A stretch of DNA of 64,000 nt from a virus. Positions within the stretch are counted from its first letter, which is position 1; each line of letters starts with the position of its first letter. Positions 18,002 through 28,100 of the stretch are shown here, in pieces. The notes under the pieces are model-generated. The model was not told the origin of the DNA and did no database searches. It saw only the letters and a list, made by a program, of their open reading frames with translations. Position numbers and translations under genes: made by a program. Location: the IMG/VR virus record IMGVR_UViG_3300045141_000130, positions 1-64,000 of that record; one strand, 5' to 3'.

Positions 18002-19570
18002 CTAGACGACGAGACTCATCGGCTGCAGCGGCTCCGATTCCAGTTCGTGCGCCACGTCCTTGGTCAGGTCCGGCACCAACTCGCCCTGCTGCTCGCCCTC
18101 GATCTCCTTCTGCAGATGCCCCAGCGGGTCGGTGCGCTTCACCGTCACCGGCCCGGCCTGGCCGGTGAACCGCTTGGCGGCGTACTCGGCCAGTGCGGCG
18201 GCGCACACCGTGTCCGGCAGGTGGTAGTCCTCCTTGTTGGAGTACAGGTCGCCGGTACGGCAGTACTTGTGCTCGTAGAAGACGGCCGGGATGCGCGGGA
18301 TACGCCAGGAGCCCTTCTCGATGGCGTTGACGTAGTCGGACAACAGCTTGGCCCGCTTGTCCCCGGTCATCGGGAACGGCCTGGCCCGGACGTCGAGGTA
18401 GTCGTTGACGACGTTGCCGAGGCCGGTCGAGTCGTGCCACACCCCTTTGACGGGCACCCGGTAGTACCGGATCGCCTTGTTGAGGAAGCCGATCATCTGC
18501 GGATAGGGGCGACGGTTCACCCGGAGGAAGTAGACCAGTTGCCGCTTGTCACCGTCCATCCGAGCCACCCAGATGACCGTCTTGTCCTGCTCCTTGGCCC
18601 AGTCGGCACCGGCGATGTAGTCGCCCAGTCGCTCCCGCTCGGCGAAGCGGTACTCCTCGAAGTCTTTGCCGACCTTGTGTTCGATGTAGCCCTTGCCCTG
18701 CCCGATCGGGTCCTCCGGCTTGAACTTCAGGCTGAACGCCGCCTCCACCGCGTCGGAGTCGAAGGCCCGGTTGCCGATGCTGGGCTCGCCGAGGTCGTAC
18801 TCGATGCGGAACATCTCCGTCGAGACGCTGGCGCGCTTCTCCTCGATGGTGGCCTCGGTCAGCCAGCCGTCCACCAGGTTGGCACTCTCGCGGTAGCACC
18901 ACTTGTAGACCGGCTGGTGGGCCTCCTCCGCCCGCCGCAGGATCTCCGTGAAGGTGCCGTCGCTGTTCTGCCAGGTCGAGGACACGACGGTGAAGGTGTC
19001 GACGGTGCGGCCCAGGTAGTTCTTCTGCGGCATCGGCTGGCCCAGCGCCGCGTCGTAGACCTCCTGCTCCATCTCGTCGGCCTCGTCGCACAGGAGTATC
19101 GAAGGGTGCGGCCCCCGGACGTTGCGCTGGGAGGCGGGCAGCGGGCGGATGCGCCCTGCGTTGGTGAGCTTGATCTTGGTGGCCGTCTGGTCGACGGTCA
19201 TCGAGTCGGGGATGCCCTCGTACTCCATCGCCCGGGTCATGTACTCGTGCACGTTGGTGGACTGCGCGAGCGACCCACCGAGGATGGTGATGTCCGCACC
19301 GTCGATGTAGGCGAACGTCAGACCCAGCGTCGACATGGTGTAGCTCTTGCCTGCCAGGCCACGCGAGGCGTGCCACACCGCCCGGCTGATCGGTCCCTCG
19401 TAGCCGGGCAGTGTGCAGGTGCGGAAGTAGGCGTCGGCGAAGGCGTCGAACGGGGCGCAGTGGTCGGGGCACACCCGGGTGCGGGGGATCGTCACCCCGA
19501 ACAGGACCTTCACCGCCCACCACAGCTGCTCCCGGTCGGTCGGCGGATACGGCAGGATGATGCGGCGCAT
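18002..19570 (-). CDS. Terminase large subunit
   Basis: Walker A ASRGLAGKS, Walker B ILLCDEADE, nuclease GADWAKEQD, HDSTGLG and HLPDTVCA; start at MRRIILP. Confidence 0.92.
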   Translation of the reverse strand: MRRIILPYPPTDREQLWWAVKVLFGVTIPRTRVCPDHCAPFDAFADAYFRTCTLPGYEGPISRAVWHASRGLAGKSYTMSTLGLTFAYIDGADITILGGSLAQSTNVHEYMTRAMEYEGIPDSMTVDQTATKIKLTNAGRIRPLPASQRNVRGPHPSILLCDEADEMEQEVYDAALGQPMPQKNYLGRTVDTFTVVSSTWQNSDGTFTEILRRAEEAHQPVYKWCYRESANLVDGWLTEATIEEKRASVSTEMFRIEYDLGEPSIGNRAFDSDAVEAAFSLKFKPEDPIGQGKGYIEHKVGKDFEEYRFAERERLGDYIAGADWAKEQDKTVIWVARMDGDKRQLVYFLRVNRRPYPQMIGFLNKAIRYYRVPVKGVWHDSTGLGNVVNDYLDVRARPFPMTGDKRAKLLSDYVNAIEKGSWRIPRIPAVFYEHKYCRTGDLYSNKEDYHLPDTVCAAALAEYAAKRFTGQAGPVTVKRTDPLGHLQKEIEGEQQGELVPDLTKDVAHELESEPLQPMSLVV

Positions 19571-19764
19571 CAGGCCTCGTCCTCGTCCTTCGCCTTGTCC
19601 TCGGTCACCAGCGGGACCGACAGTTTCCCCTCCAGGTGCGCGACCCGTTCGGCCAGCGTCGACACCCGTGCCCCGGTGTGCAGGACAGCCCGGGCGGTGA
19701 TGATCCAGCCGATGAGCACCAGCGACACCGAACCGGCCCAGGCGACGATGTCGGGAGTCGTCAC
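19570..19764 (-). CDS. Small membrane protein with one TM helix and a coiled tail
   Basis: GGAGG RBS and GTG; IVAWAGSVSLVLIGWIITA hydrophobic stretch. Confidence 0.55.
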   Translation of the reverse strand: MTTPDIVAWAGSVSLVLIGWIITARAVLHTGARVSTLAERVAHLEGKLSVPLVTEDKAKDEDEA

Positions 19765-19804
19765 GGCCCACCTCCCCCTTGATCGTCCCCGGGGAGGCAC
19801 GACG

Positions 19805-20182
19805 CTAGAAGCTGACGGCGATGTCGCCCACCGCCACCCGCACCTGGCCGTAGGGCGCGGTCGTCAACGGTGTCGCCAACTGGATGACGTAGATGGCGTG
19901 CCCGCCGGACAGGGCCGTCCACACCGCGAAGTAGGGGATGGCGGCCGGGAGCAGGCCGGTGAACACCTGGGCGTTGACGCTGACCTTGGACCGGCTCGCC
20001 GACGCCGCGAACGAGATCGGCTGACGTGCGTACCCGCCGCCCACCAGTTCGGAGGAGGGGCTGCCCAGCGGGCTGGGGTCGTCGGTGTTCAGGCCCAGCC
20101 AGGTGGGCGCCTGCAGGGCCGCCTCCAAGGCGGTGTTGGCGCCCCAGTTGGTCAGATAGCCGACGACCGTGGGTGTGGTCAT
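19805..20182 (-). CDS. Minor tail / fibre-associated protein
   Basis: WLGLNTDDP...ELVGGGYARQ...WTALSGG motif; resembles 23622..24044. Confidence 0.7.
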   Translation of the reverse strand: MTTPTVVGYLTNWGANTALEAALQAPTWLGLNTDDPSPLGSPSSELVGGGYARQPISFAASASRSKVSVNAQVFTGLLPAAIPYFAVWTALSGGHAIYVIQLATPLTTAPYGQVRVAVGDIAVSF

Positions 20183-22401
20183 CCCTCGCTCCCGGTGATC
20201 TGGTGGAAGAGGCGGCCCATGAAGTAGACCGTCTGCGGTGCGGGGCTCGGCGGTGCGGCACCGGCCGGGATCTGACAGAAGAACATCGCCCAGACCTGCA
20301 GGGCGTCGTCGCTGACCGTGCCGACCGGGGCCTGCGGGTCGTACTCCAGGTTGTTGTTGTCGGTCTTGTCGTAGTTCCAGGACAGGGCGTCCACCAGCAG
20401 TCCGGTGGGCTGGCCGCCGTCGGCCTCGCTGCCCGGGGAGAACCCGGCGCCGTTGTAGTGGGTGTTGCTCCGGTTGCCCCAGCCGACGATCAGGCTCTGC
20501 GGCGGCCCGAGCGTGGAACCGGGCGGCCACTCCTGGCCGGTGGAGGGGTCGACGGACTCGAAGGCGTTGTCGATGAACGGGTCGGGCCCCAGCGCCGACG
20601 TGCCCTCCGGCATGTCGTCGGTGGTGACGTCCAGGTTGTAGATCGAGACGTGGTAGCGGGTCTTGAGCACGTTGCCGTACTTGTCGTAGAGGGCGAACTC
20701 GGTGCGGCTTATAGCGCCCTTTAGCGAGACTCGGATCGGGATCGGCCCCGCCCAGCAGCCTTCGTTGGTGGAGGCCTGCGCGGTGACCTTGACGTAGTAC
20801 TCCGGGTAGTACACCGGGGGCCGCAGCTTGGTGAAGGCCGCGTAGGGGAACAGCAGGTTCGCGGGCCGGGCGACGTGGAAGTCGCGGGAGGGCCGCGGCA
20901 CGTAGCCGCACCCGGCAGTGTCGTCCCACGGTGCCTGCATGTCGGGCACCTGGACGGACTGCTTGTTGACCTGCAGCATCTTGACCGGCGTCAACGGGTC
21001 CCGGGTGCGGTTGATGGCCTCCTGCACGGTGAGCAAGTCCCGGTAGCGGGTATCGACGGTGAGCGTCACAGTCCCGGCCTCGGGCGACACGCTGACCTCG
21101 GCGATGTGGAGCCGAACACCTCTGACACCTGAGCCCAGGAAGCCTTGGAGCACCATCGTCATCCCCGCCCTGACCTGCCAGCGCGACAGGCTGGCGCTGG
21201 GATCGGTGGCCAGGGTGACGCTGCCGGTCCAGCCCGGGTCCCGGTCGCGGGCCAGGAAGATCTGGGCCAGGCCGGTGGCGTCGGCCTGGCTGATGCCGGA
21301 CTCGAACTTGGCGTTCACCTCGGTGACGAAGGCACCGGGCACCAGCAGTGGGTTGCTGTCGTAGGGCCAGACCGCCGGGTCCGCGGCCAGCGGCGTGTAG
21401 TCGGTCCGCGTGCCGTCCACGCTGATCTGGTTGTTGTTCCAGACCACGCCGTGCAGGTCGGTGCCCTGGCCGTAGATGACGTTCCCGGCCTGGGTGGAGT
21501 CGCCGGACATCTGCACCTGCACCCCGGGGGTGCCGACCCAGACGGAGAAGTCGGGGGGCCGGGACCGGGCCCGCACATACAACTGCGGTTGGCGGCCCAT
21601 CGCGCTGTTGATCGTCCACGCATCGCCGGGCTGCACCGCGTCCCCATCACCCGGTCGGGTGATCATGCTGCCGAGCATGTCCTGGATGTAGCTGGTCAGC
21701 GAGGCGTCCCATGAGCCGGTGGAGCGAGACACGTACTCCGTCCAGTTCGCACCCGAAGGGATGACGGGGGCGTAGACCGCTGGGCTGGCGTCGGTGTACG
21801 GCGGTGCGGTGCGGGTCCAGCCGTCCGGCCAGATGACCTGCAGCGGCTGGGTGCGCAGGTTGGGCCGCCTGGTGTGGTCGAACTCCTGCGCGATCAGCGC
21901 CTCGATCGGCCACGGCCGGGCCGGGTAGAACGGCTTGGACTGGTAGCGGTCAAGCTGGAAGGTCGCCCCCTGGCACTGCACCTCGAAGCCGTCGTCGGAG
22001 AAGTCCATGGAGGCGATGAAGCCCTCCCAGACCTTGATCGCCCCGGCGTAAGGGTTCTGCACCGACCTGGTGTTGGTGATCGGGTCGAACACCCTGTCGG
22101 CGGGGGCGGTCGCACCGTCGGCGGGGATCGAGGGCGACCAGTAGACGTCGATGTCGGAGAAGAAGCGCAGCCAACGGCGCAACTCGATGGAGGTCGGGTC
22201 GTCCATCAGCGTGATGCCACCGAACTTCAGCACCGCGGTGGAATCACCGAACGGGTCCGCGTTGGAGTAGCTCTCCAGCACCGTCTGCACACCGCGCACC
22301 TGCGTGATGTCGACGTTGGCACCTTCCAGGCCGTGACCGGTGGCACTGATGAGGAACCGGCCCGATCCGGGCCGGTCCTCGGAGAAGGTCCAGAGACCCA
22401 T
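20179..22401 (-). CDS. Minor tail protein (hub-like)
   Basis: True start MGLWTFSED overlaps the upstream stop; VWEGFI motif; the ORF-track N-terminal extension overlaps other genes. Confidence 0.7.
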   Translation of the reverse strand: MGLWTFSEDRPGSGRFLISATGHGLEGANVDITQVRGVQTVLESYSNADPFGDSTAVLKFGGITLMDDPTSIELRRWLRFFSDIDVYWSPSIPADGATAPADRVFDPITNTRSVQNPYAGAIKVWEGFIASMDFSDDGFEVQCQGATFQLDRYQSKPFYPARPWPIEALIAQEFDHTRRPNLRTQPLQVIWPDGWTRTAPPYTDASPAVYAPVIPSGANWTEYVSRSTGSWDASLTSYIQDMLGSMITRPGDGDAVQPGDAWTINSAMGRQPQLYVRARSRPPDFSVWVGTPGVQVQMSGDSTQAGNVIYGQGTDLHGVVWNNNQISVDGTRTDYTPLAADPAVWPYDSNPLLVPGAFVTEVNAKFESGISQADATGLAQIFLARDRDPGWTGSVTLATDPSASLSRWQVRAGMTMVLQGFLGSGVRGVRLHIAEVSVSPEAGTVTLTVDTRYRDLLTVQEAINRTRDPLTPVKMLQVNKQSVQVPDMQAPWDDTAGCGYVPRPSRDFHVARPANLLFPYAAFTKLRPPVYYPEYYVKVTAQASTNEGCWAGPIPIRVSLKGAISRTEFALYDKYGNVLKTRYHVSIYNLDVTTDDMPEGTSALGPDPFIDNAFESVDPSTGQEWPPGSTLGPPQSLIVGWGNRSNTHYNGAGFSPGSEADGGQPTGLLVDALSWNYDKTDNNNLEYDPQAPVGTVSDDALQVWAMFFCQIPAGAAPPSPAPQTVYFMGRLFHQITGSEG

Positions 22402-23621
22402 CACTTGCCCTTGTAGGCGTCGAACTTGAACGAACTGGACAGCTGCGCGTACTGGTCGGCCATGTCGGACTCGGTCAGCGCCCGGTGCCAGAAGCGCATC
22501 TCGAAGACGTACATCTCGCAGCCCAGGTCCGGCGACAGCCACCCGTTGCGCCGCCCCAGGACGTAGTACCGGTGCTGGAAGCCGGTACCGCCCGCCACGG
22601 TGCCGTGCACCACCTGGGCGATGTCGGTGCCCTTCACCCACAGCATCGACTTGTTGCCGTTGTAGACCATCCCGTACATCCGTGGGGCCAGCAGCAGCGC
22701 CTTCGGTGGCAGCTGGAAGAACACCCCGTAGCCCTGGTTCTGGTTGACCGCGGTGTTCATCGAGGCGGTGGTCTGCCCGGCGACGCTCAAGGTGGTGCGG
22801 TAGGCCAGCCCGTCGTTGACGGTCAGCGGGTCGCCGAGCATCGACTCCTTGTAGGCCGGGGCGCCGGGGATGGTGATCGGGTTCTTGCCGCTGTCCAGGA
22901 TGGTGTGCAGGCTGTTCGCGTCGTCGCACTGCATCGCCACGATGACCCAGGTGAACGGCTGCGCCACGACGGCGCCCATGTCCAGCCACATGTGGGCGTC
23001 CGACGCCATGGAGAAGTGCACCCCGGCCGGGTGCTTGTACGTCTGGCCGCTGACGGTGACGACGTCGCGGGCCGCCACGACGGGCTTGAACGGCGTCGCC
23101 GACTTCCACGGCGGGCCCCCGGTGGACAGGTCCGCGTCCCACTGCAGGCAGTTCAGCCCGTTCGCGCCGTTCGGGTAGTTGACCGAGTCGTCGTTGGGGT
23201 CCAGGTCGCCCAGCAGGTACATGCCGTCGGTGAAGGCCGGGAGCGAGTTCGGATCGGGCAGCGTGTAGACCGTCCAGCGCATGTCCCCCACCCCGGAGGC
23301 GGGAGGCGGGAACTTCCAGGTACCGCTGTCCGAGTTCCACTCCGGGTTCGGGTCGGCCCTGACGTAGATGTGGTTCGGATCCCCCTGGGTCGCCTTGGCC
23401 GTCGTCGGCAGCACGGCCGAATAGGCCGGTGTGGTGGGCACGCCACGCACCACGACCGGCTGGTCGTCGGCGGTCAGCACCACCGTCGGGGTGGCCCGCA
23501 GGTCCAGCGGCAGTGGCAGCAGCGGCTCGGTGAAGCGTTCGGAGGTGTCGCTGTAGAGCCGCCCGGCGACCCCGAAGTGGACAGGGATCGGTGCGTTGCC
23601 GAGGTCGACGGGATTGGTCAC
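22401..23621 (-). CDS. Minor tail protein, possible lectin/LamG-like C-terminus
   Basis: 406 aa; ends FEMRFWHRALTESD, LamG-like. Confidence 0.65.
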   Translation of the reverse strand: MTNPVDLGNAPIPVHFGVAGRLYSDTSERFTEPLLPLPLDLRATPTVVLTADDQPVVVRGVPTTPAYSAVLPTTAKATQGDPNHIYVRADPNPEWNSDSGTWKFPPPASGVGDMRWTVYTLPDPNSLPAFTDGMYLLGDLDPNDDSVNYPNGANGLNCLQWDADLSTGGPPWKSATPFKPVVAARDVVTVSGQTYKHPAGVHFSMASDAHMWLDMGAVVAQPFTWVIVAMQCDDANSLHTILDSGKNPITIPGAPAYKESMLGDPLTVNDGLAYRTTLSVAGQTTASMNTAVNQNQGYGVFFQLPPKALLLAPRMYGMVYNGNKSMLWVKGTDIAQVVHGTVAGGTGFQHRYYVLGRRNGWLSPDLGCEMYVFEMRFWHRALTESDMADQYAQLSSSFKFDAYKGK

Positions 23622-24044
23622 CTAACCGCCCAACGGCATGGTGAGCACCAGGGCCCCAGGCGGGAAGTCCACCGCGATGTCCTGCACCACGTTCTGCGGG
23701 TTGCGTAGCTCCCCGAAGGCGTACAGGTTCCCGGCCCCGGCGTTGCTGCACACGATGACGTGTGTCAGGTAGCCCCAGTCGGCGGAGGGACGGGGGAACA
23801 GGACCTGCGTGGCGTTGGACAGCACGCCGTTGGAGTCGACGCTCCAGTAGTTGGTGCCGGTGCTCATCACCTGGCGCTGATAGCCGCCGCCCTGCGGTTC
23901 GATCGCCATCACCGTGGTGCCGTCGTAGGACGACAGCGGTGCCGCGCTGGTCAGACCGATCCAGTACTGGGTGGGTGCGACGCCGATGCCGAACAGCTGC
24001 GGCAGCCACACCCCGGCGGCATAGGTGGTGATCCCGTTGGGCAT
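23622..24044 (-). CDS. Minor tail / fibre-associated protein
   Basis: YWIGLTSAAP...EPQGGGYQRQ...FPRPSADWG...GNL motif. Confidence 0.7.
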   Translation of the reverse strand: MPNGITTYAAGVWLPQLFGIGVAPTQYWIGLTSAAPLSSYDGTTVMAIEPQGGGYQRQVMSTGTNYWSVDSNGVLSNATQVLFPRPSADWGYLTHVIVCSNAGAGNLYAFGELRNPQNVVQDIAVDFPPGALVLTMPLGG

Positions 24045-24045
24045 G

Positions 24046-24492
24046 TCAGACGCCGACCGCGGCTACCGGCCGCCTCGGCACTGTCAGCTGGACCTGGCCC
24101 TGCGCGGCCACCAGGCGGGGCGTCGTCCACATCAGGTTGGTGTAATCGGCCGCCTCGCAGTTGTAGATCCACAACTCGCCATCGACCCTGATTGTCATCG
24201 TGTAGGCGTCCTGGCAGAACGCCTCGATCAGGGTCTGGACGTAGTCCTTCAGGGTGGCCATGTCGGGGGCCATGATCTCGACGGCGAGCGGCTCCATCAC
24301 CGTGCCGCGCCTACGGGAGGTGGTGGTGTCACCGTCGACCCAGCGGCTGGACACGGTCTGCCGGTCCCAGGACACCGAGGCGCCCAGGAACGGGGTGGCG
24401 GCCAGGTAGTACGGCGAGACCGCGATGTCCAGCGGCTGCAGCGCCAGTGCGTCCCGGTTGATCACTACTGACAGGTCGATGTCAGCCATCAC
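24046..24492 (-). CDS. Minor tail protein (distal-tail-like)
   Basis: 148 aa; SRWVDGD motif; synteny. Confidence 0.6.
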   Translation of the reverse strand: MMADIDLSVVINRDALALQPLDIAVSPYYLAATPFLGASVSWDRQTVSSRWVDGDTTTSRRRGTVMEPLAVEIMAPDMATLKDYVQTLIEAFCQDAYTMTIRVDGELWIYNCEAADYTNLMWTTPRLVAAQGQVQLTVPRRPVAAVGV

Positions 24493-24685
24493 CCACCGCT
24501 CTCGGCTTGCGGTGCGGGGTGTTCTCCTCGGCCTGTGCCGCCAGGGCCCGGCGCAGCGCGGCGTTGAGCGCCTCCAACTCGGCGTTGCGGCGCATCAGCG
24601 CGGCGATCTGCTGCGCGCTGATGTTGGACTGCGCGTTCAGCAGGTCCTGGACGTCGATCTTCAGGTCGTCGTCGGGCATGGTCAT
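24482..24685 (-). CDS. Small coiled-coil protein
   Basis: Coupled ORF with heptad pattern. Confidence 0.6.
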   Translation of the reverse strand: MTMPDDDLKIDVQDLLNAQSNISAQQIAALMRRNAELEALNAALRRALAAQAEENTPHRKPRAVGDG

Positions 24686-25146
24686 GCTTCACCTTCCGGA
24701 TCTGGGTGGTCGTCTGTGACGAGGTGCGGCACCCGGACCGGTGGTTCGGCCCGGGGGTTGTCGACCTCGTACCGCCGCGCCCGAACGAAGGCGGCGAACT
24801 GCCGGTCGTCCTCCTCCTGTCGTTTGACCGCGGTCTGACTGGCCAACAAGGCCTCGGCTGCCTCGACTCGCGCAAGCACCTTGGCGACGACGGTCAGCAC
24901 CGCATCACGGATCATCCCGTCGCCGATGACCGTCTCGTCGGCGCCTGGCTTGTAGCCTTCATCGTTGGCAATCGCATCAGCCGCCTTTGCCCATGCCCCC
25001 TCCCAGCCGGAGGTGGAGCAGATGCGCCAGATGTTGTCCTCCACGAAGCCCAGCACGCCGTCATCCTGTTCGGCCGCAACGCAGGCGACAATGCGCATCC
25101 GCAGATCCCAGTCGCCCACCATGGCGACGATGTCGGAGTAACTCAT
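24682..25146 (-). CDS. Hypothetical tail-associated protein (MSYSDIVAMVG...)
   Basis: GGAGG RBS, ATGA overlap with the upstream gene. Confidence 0.65.
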   Translation of the reverse strand: MSYSDIVAMVGDWDLRMRIVACVAAEQDDGVLGFVEDNIWRICSTSGWEGAWAKAADAIANDEGYKPGADETVIGDGMIRDAVLTVVAKVLARVEAAEALLASQTAVKRQEEDDRQFAAFVRARRYEVDNPRAEPPVRVPHLVTDDHPDPEGEA

Positions 25147-28100
25147 GCGTGCGCTCCCTCCAGGGCGGCCACCCGGGCCCGTAGCTCGTTGACCTCGTCG
25201 ACCAGCCACTGGGTGTACCGGACGGTGTGGGCCATGATCGCAGGCTGCTGGATGGTCATCGGCCTGCGATGCACGTCGTAGACGACGGTGTCCCGCAGAC
25301 CGATCTTGTGCAGGTTCTCGGCGAGAAAGCCGGTGGACCGATCCCTGCCATTGGGGTGGCTGACCCGGACCGACATGGAGGCCAGGTTCGGCTTGTCCGA
25401 CCAGGTCGAGGTCTCGATCGCCATGAACGCCGGGTCGAGGTCCAGGCTCTTGACCTTGGACTTGTACCGGCCGGAACTGGTGTAAGCGCCCACGTATCCG
25501 GCACCCGTGAGGGAGACGTACAGCTGCCCGTACCCGGCAATGGCCGGTACGGAGGAGTCCCGCAAGGCGGCAGAGGTGATCGACCCCTGGGCGCCGGTAC
25601 CGTTGGCGACCTGGAACTGTCCGCCGCCGTTGTGGCTGTTGTAGCCGAACCACACCGAGTCGGAGGAGGTGTAACCGCGCAGCGTGACGTCGTTGGATGC
25701 GGTGTAGGCGTACAGCAGCCCGCGAAGGTTGCCGCCGGACCAGACCTGGATCTCGTCACCGACCAGCACGATCCGGTTCGGACCGGTCGAGGTTTCGAGA
25801 TAACCGTTGCCGATGCCGATGCTCGGGCTGTTGTAGGCCCCGCCACCCCAGGACGACCCGGGGTTGTTGACGTTGCCCCCGCTCGCGTTGACGCCGTTGA
25901 TCGTGCCGGTGATGATGCCGTTGAAGCTGCCGGTGGCGGCGGAGATGCTGCCACTGAAGCTGCCGTCGGCAGCGGTGAGGGTGCCGCCGAAGGTGCCATC
26001 CGCGGCGGTGATCGAGCCGGTGAAGTGGGCGCTGCCGTTGGAGGCGTACAGCGCCACGTTGGGCGTCGACCCGGTGCTCGGATAGAGGAACAGGCCGGTG
26101 CTGGAGAGCACCACTCGGGCACCACTGGTGTCGGTCTTGAAGTTGATGCCCGCGGTCGCCGACCAGCTGGATAGGGCCACACCGCCCAGGTAGTGGGTGA
26201 TCCCGGCATCGGCCATCTCGATGCGACTGGTACCGGAACTGGTGCGGACCACCGCGCCGGTGATCGTGGAGGTGGTGTCGATCGTGGAGCCGATGATCGC
26301 GGAGGCGGTCAGCGTCCCGATCATGGTGACGCTGCCGCTCTTGAAGTCGATCTGGAACGGGATGATCCAGTTACCGGAGGAGTTCTTCTTCCCGCTGTAG
26401 AACCGGAAGTAGTTGAGGGAGTCGATCAGAAGCCGAGGCTGGTCGTGACCGACATTGGCAGCGACCGTCATCTGCGGGTTGCTGTCGAGAGTGAACGATG
26501 CGTTCGTGGCGACCTTGTCGGCCTTGAACAACACCAGGGTCGAGCCGTACTGGTCCTGCACCCAGAGGTTTGCGACCTGCGTCGCCCCATCACCGGTGGT
26601 GTTCATCGAGATCCGCGGGTTGTCCCCGGACTTGCTGGTCTGGATCAGCGAACCGGTGATGGTGGACAGCGCGTCGATGTTGCTGGCGGTGATGGTCCCC
26701 CGGAAGATCGCATCCCCGGCGGCGTGCCCGCTGGCAGCCGCGGCATAGACCCCGAAGGTCATGTGGGTGCCGTCGTACATGAACAGACCGGCGTCGGACA
26801 GCACCCACCCGGCGTCGAAACTGTTGGTGCGCCCCGGCTTGCTGGTCAGCATGACGTAGGGGGAGTTCGCGGCCGGGACATTCGTGAGGGCGAAGACCGG
26901 ACTGCCCTTGGTGTTGTACATCTGCAGGCCGGTGGAGTCCATGACCACCCGCATCCCGCTACTGCCGGTCTGCAGGTAGCTGGAGGCAGGAGTGGCGCCC
27001 GCGGTGAACTTCGAGCCGGAGAGGTCGCCCTGGAAGAAGGCGCTGCCGTCCTTGGTGATCAAGTTGATCGTCGGCGGGGCGGCGGTGCCCTGGGAGCCGT
27101 AGAACCGGATCCCGGCAGTGTCAAGCTGCCATTTGGACACGGTGCCGCTGGCGCTCGACTGGAAGGACATCGCGCCGGTGCCGAAGAGGAACTGGAACAG
27201 CGGTGGAGCCGGAAGCGCGTCCTTCTGCCAGATCATCTGGGTCGCACTCAACTCGAAATACGGGGGGACCGGCTTGGCGCTCGGAATCGGGACCGGCGGG
27301 TCCACCGTCGTATCCATGGGCATGTTGACGGTGCGGATCACCCCGGCGTTGACAAGGAATGCGCTCAGCGCATCGGCCCGCATGTCCCCGGCTTGGATCG
27401 TCCCGGTCTTGATGTGCTTGCTGTAGATCGAGTCGACACCGATGTTGGTGGCGCTGATCGCCCCGGCTGCGATCTCCCCGCTGGTGATCGTGCCCGCCTC
27501 GATGTGGTCGGCGGTGATCGCGCCGTCCACGATGAGTTGGCCGGTGCCCTTGCGCCGCACCCACACCGAGGCGATCTGGATCTCCTGACCCAGTGCCAGG
27601 TTGGTGACGATGATCGACGCCCGGCCCTGGAAGGAGCCGGTAGGCAGTGTCTGGGTGACCGGGGTCCACGGCTTGGACGGGTCTGACGGCTTGGGGTTGC
27701 CGCTCTGGTCCGGGGAGATGCTGCCGTTCTGCCCCAGCGGCGTCGCCACCCCCTGCGCGTCGAACAGGATCGGCAGCTGCGTCCAGGTCGTCGGCTTGTC
27801 AGCGGCGAGGAAGGTCTTGGAGAAGAAGACCGTCTTCGGGGTGGACAGGGTCGGGTCCGGGCTGGTGCCGCCAGCCTTGAGGTCCACCTCCAGCGCGAAC
27901 GTGACCGTGCCGGTGGTCGCGGCACCGATCTTGCGGACCCACAGCTGACCGAAGAACTGGTCGGTGCTCAACGCCGGGAAGGTGCGGACGTTGCGGATGG
28001 TCTGCTTGCTGGCGCCGGACAGACCGATGACCGAGTACACGTAGCCGGTGGAGGCGTTCGCCGTCGGGTGGTCGGTGATGGAACGTCGACCGTTCAGCCC

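Noticed and set aside
20179-24009. 1276-aa ORF as a single gene
   Set aside because: The N-terminal half is low-complexity Arg/Gly/Pro overlapping two better genes in other frames; the real gene starts at 22401
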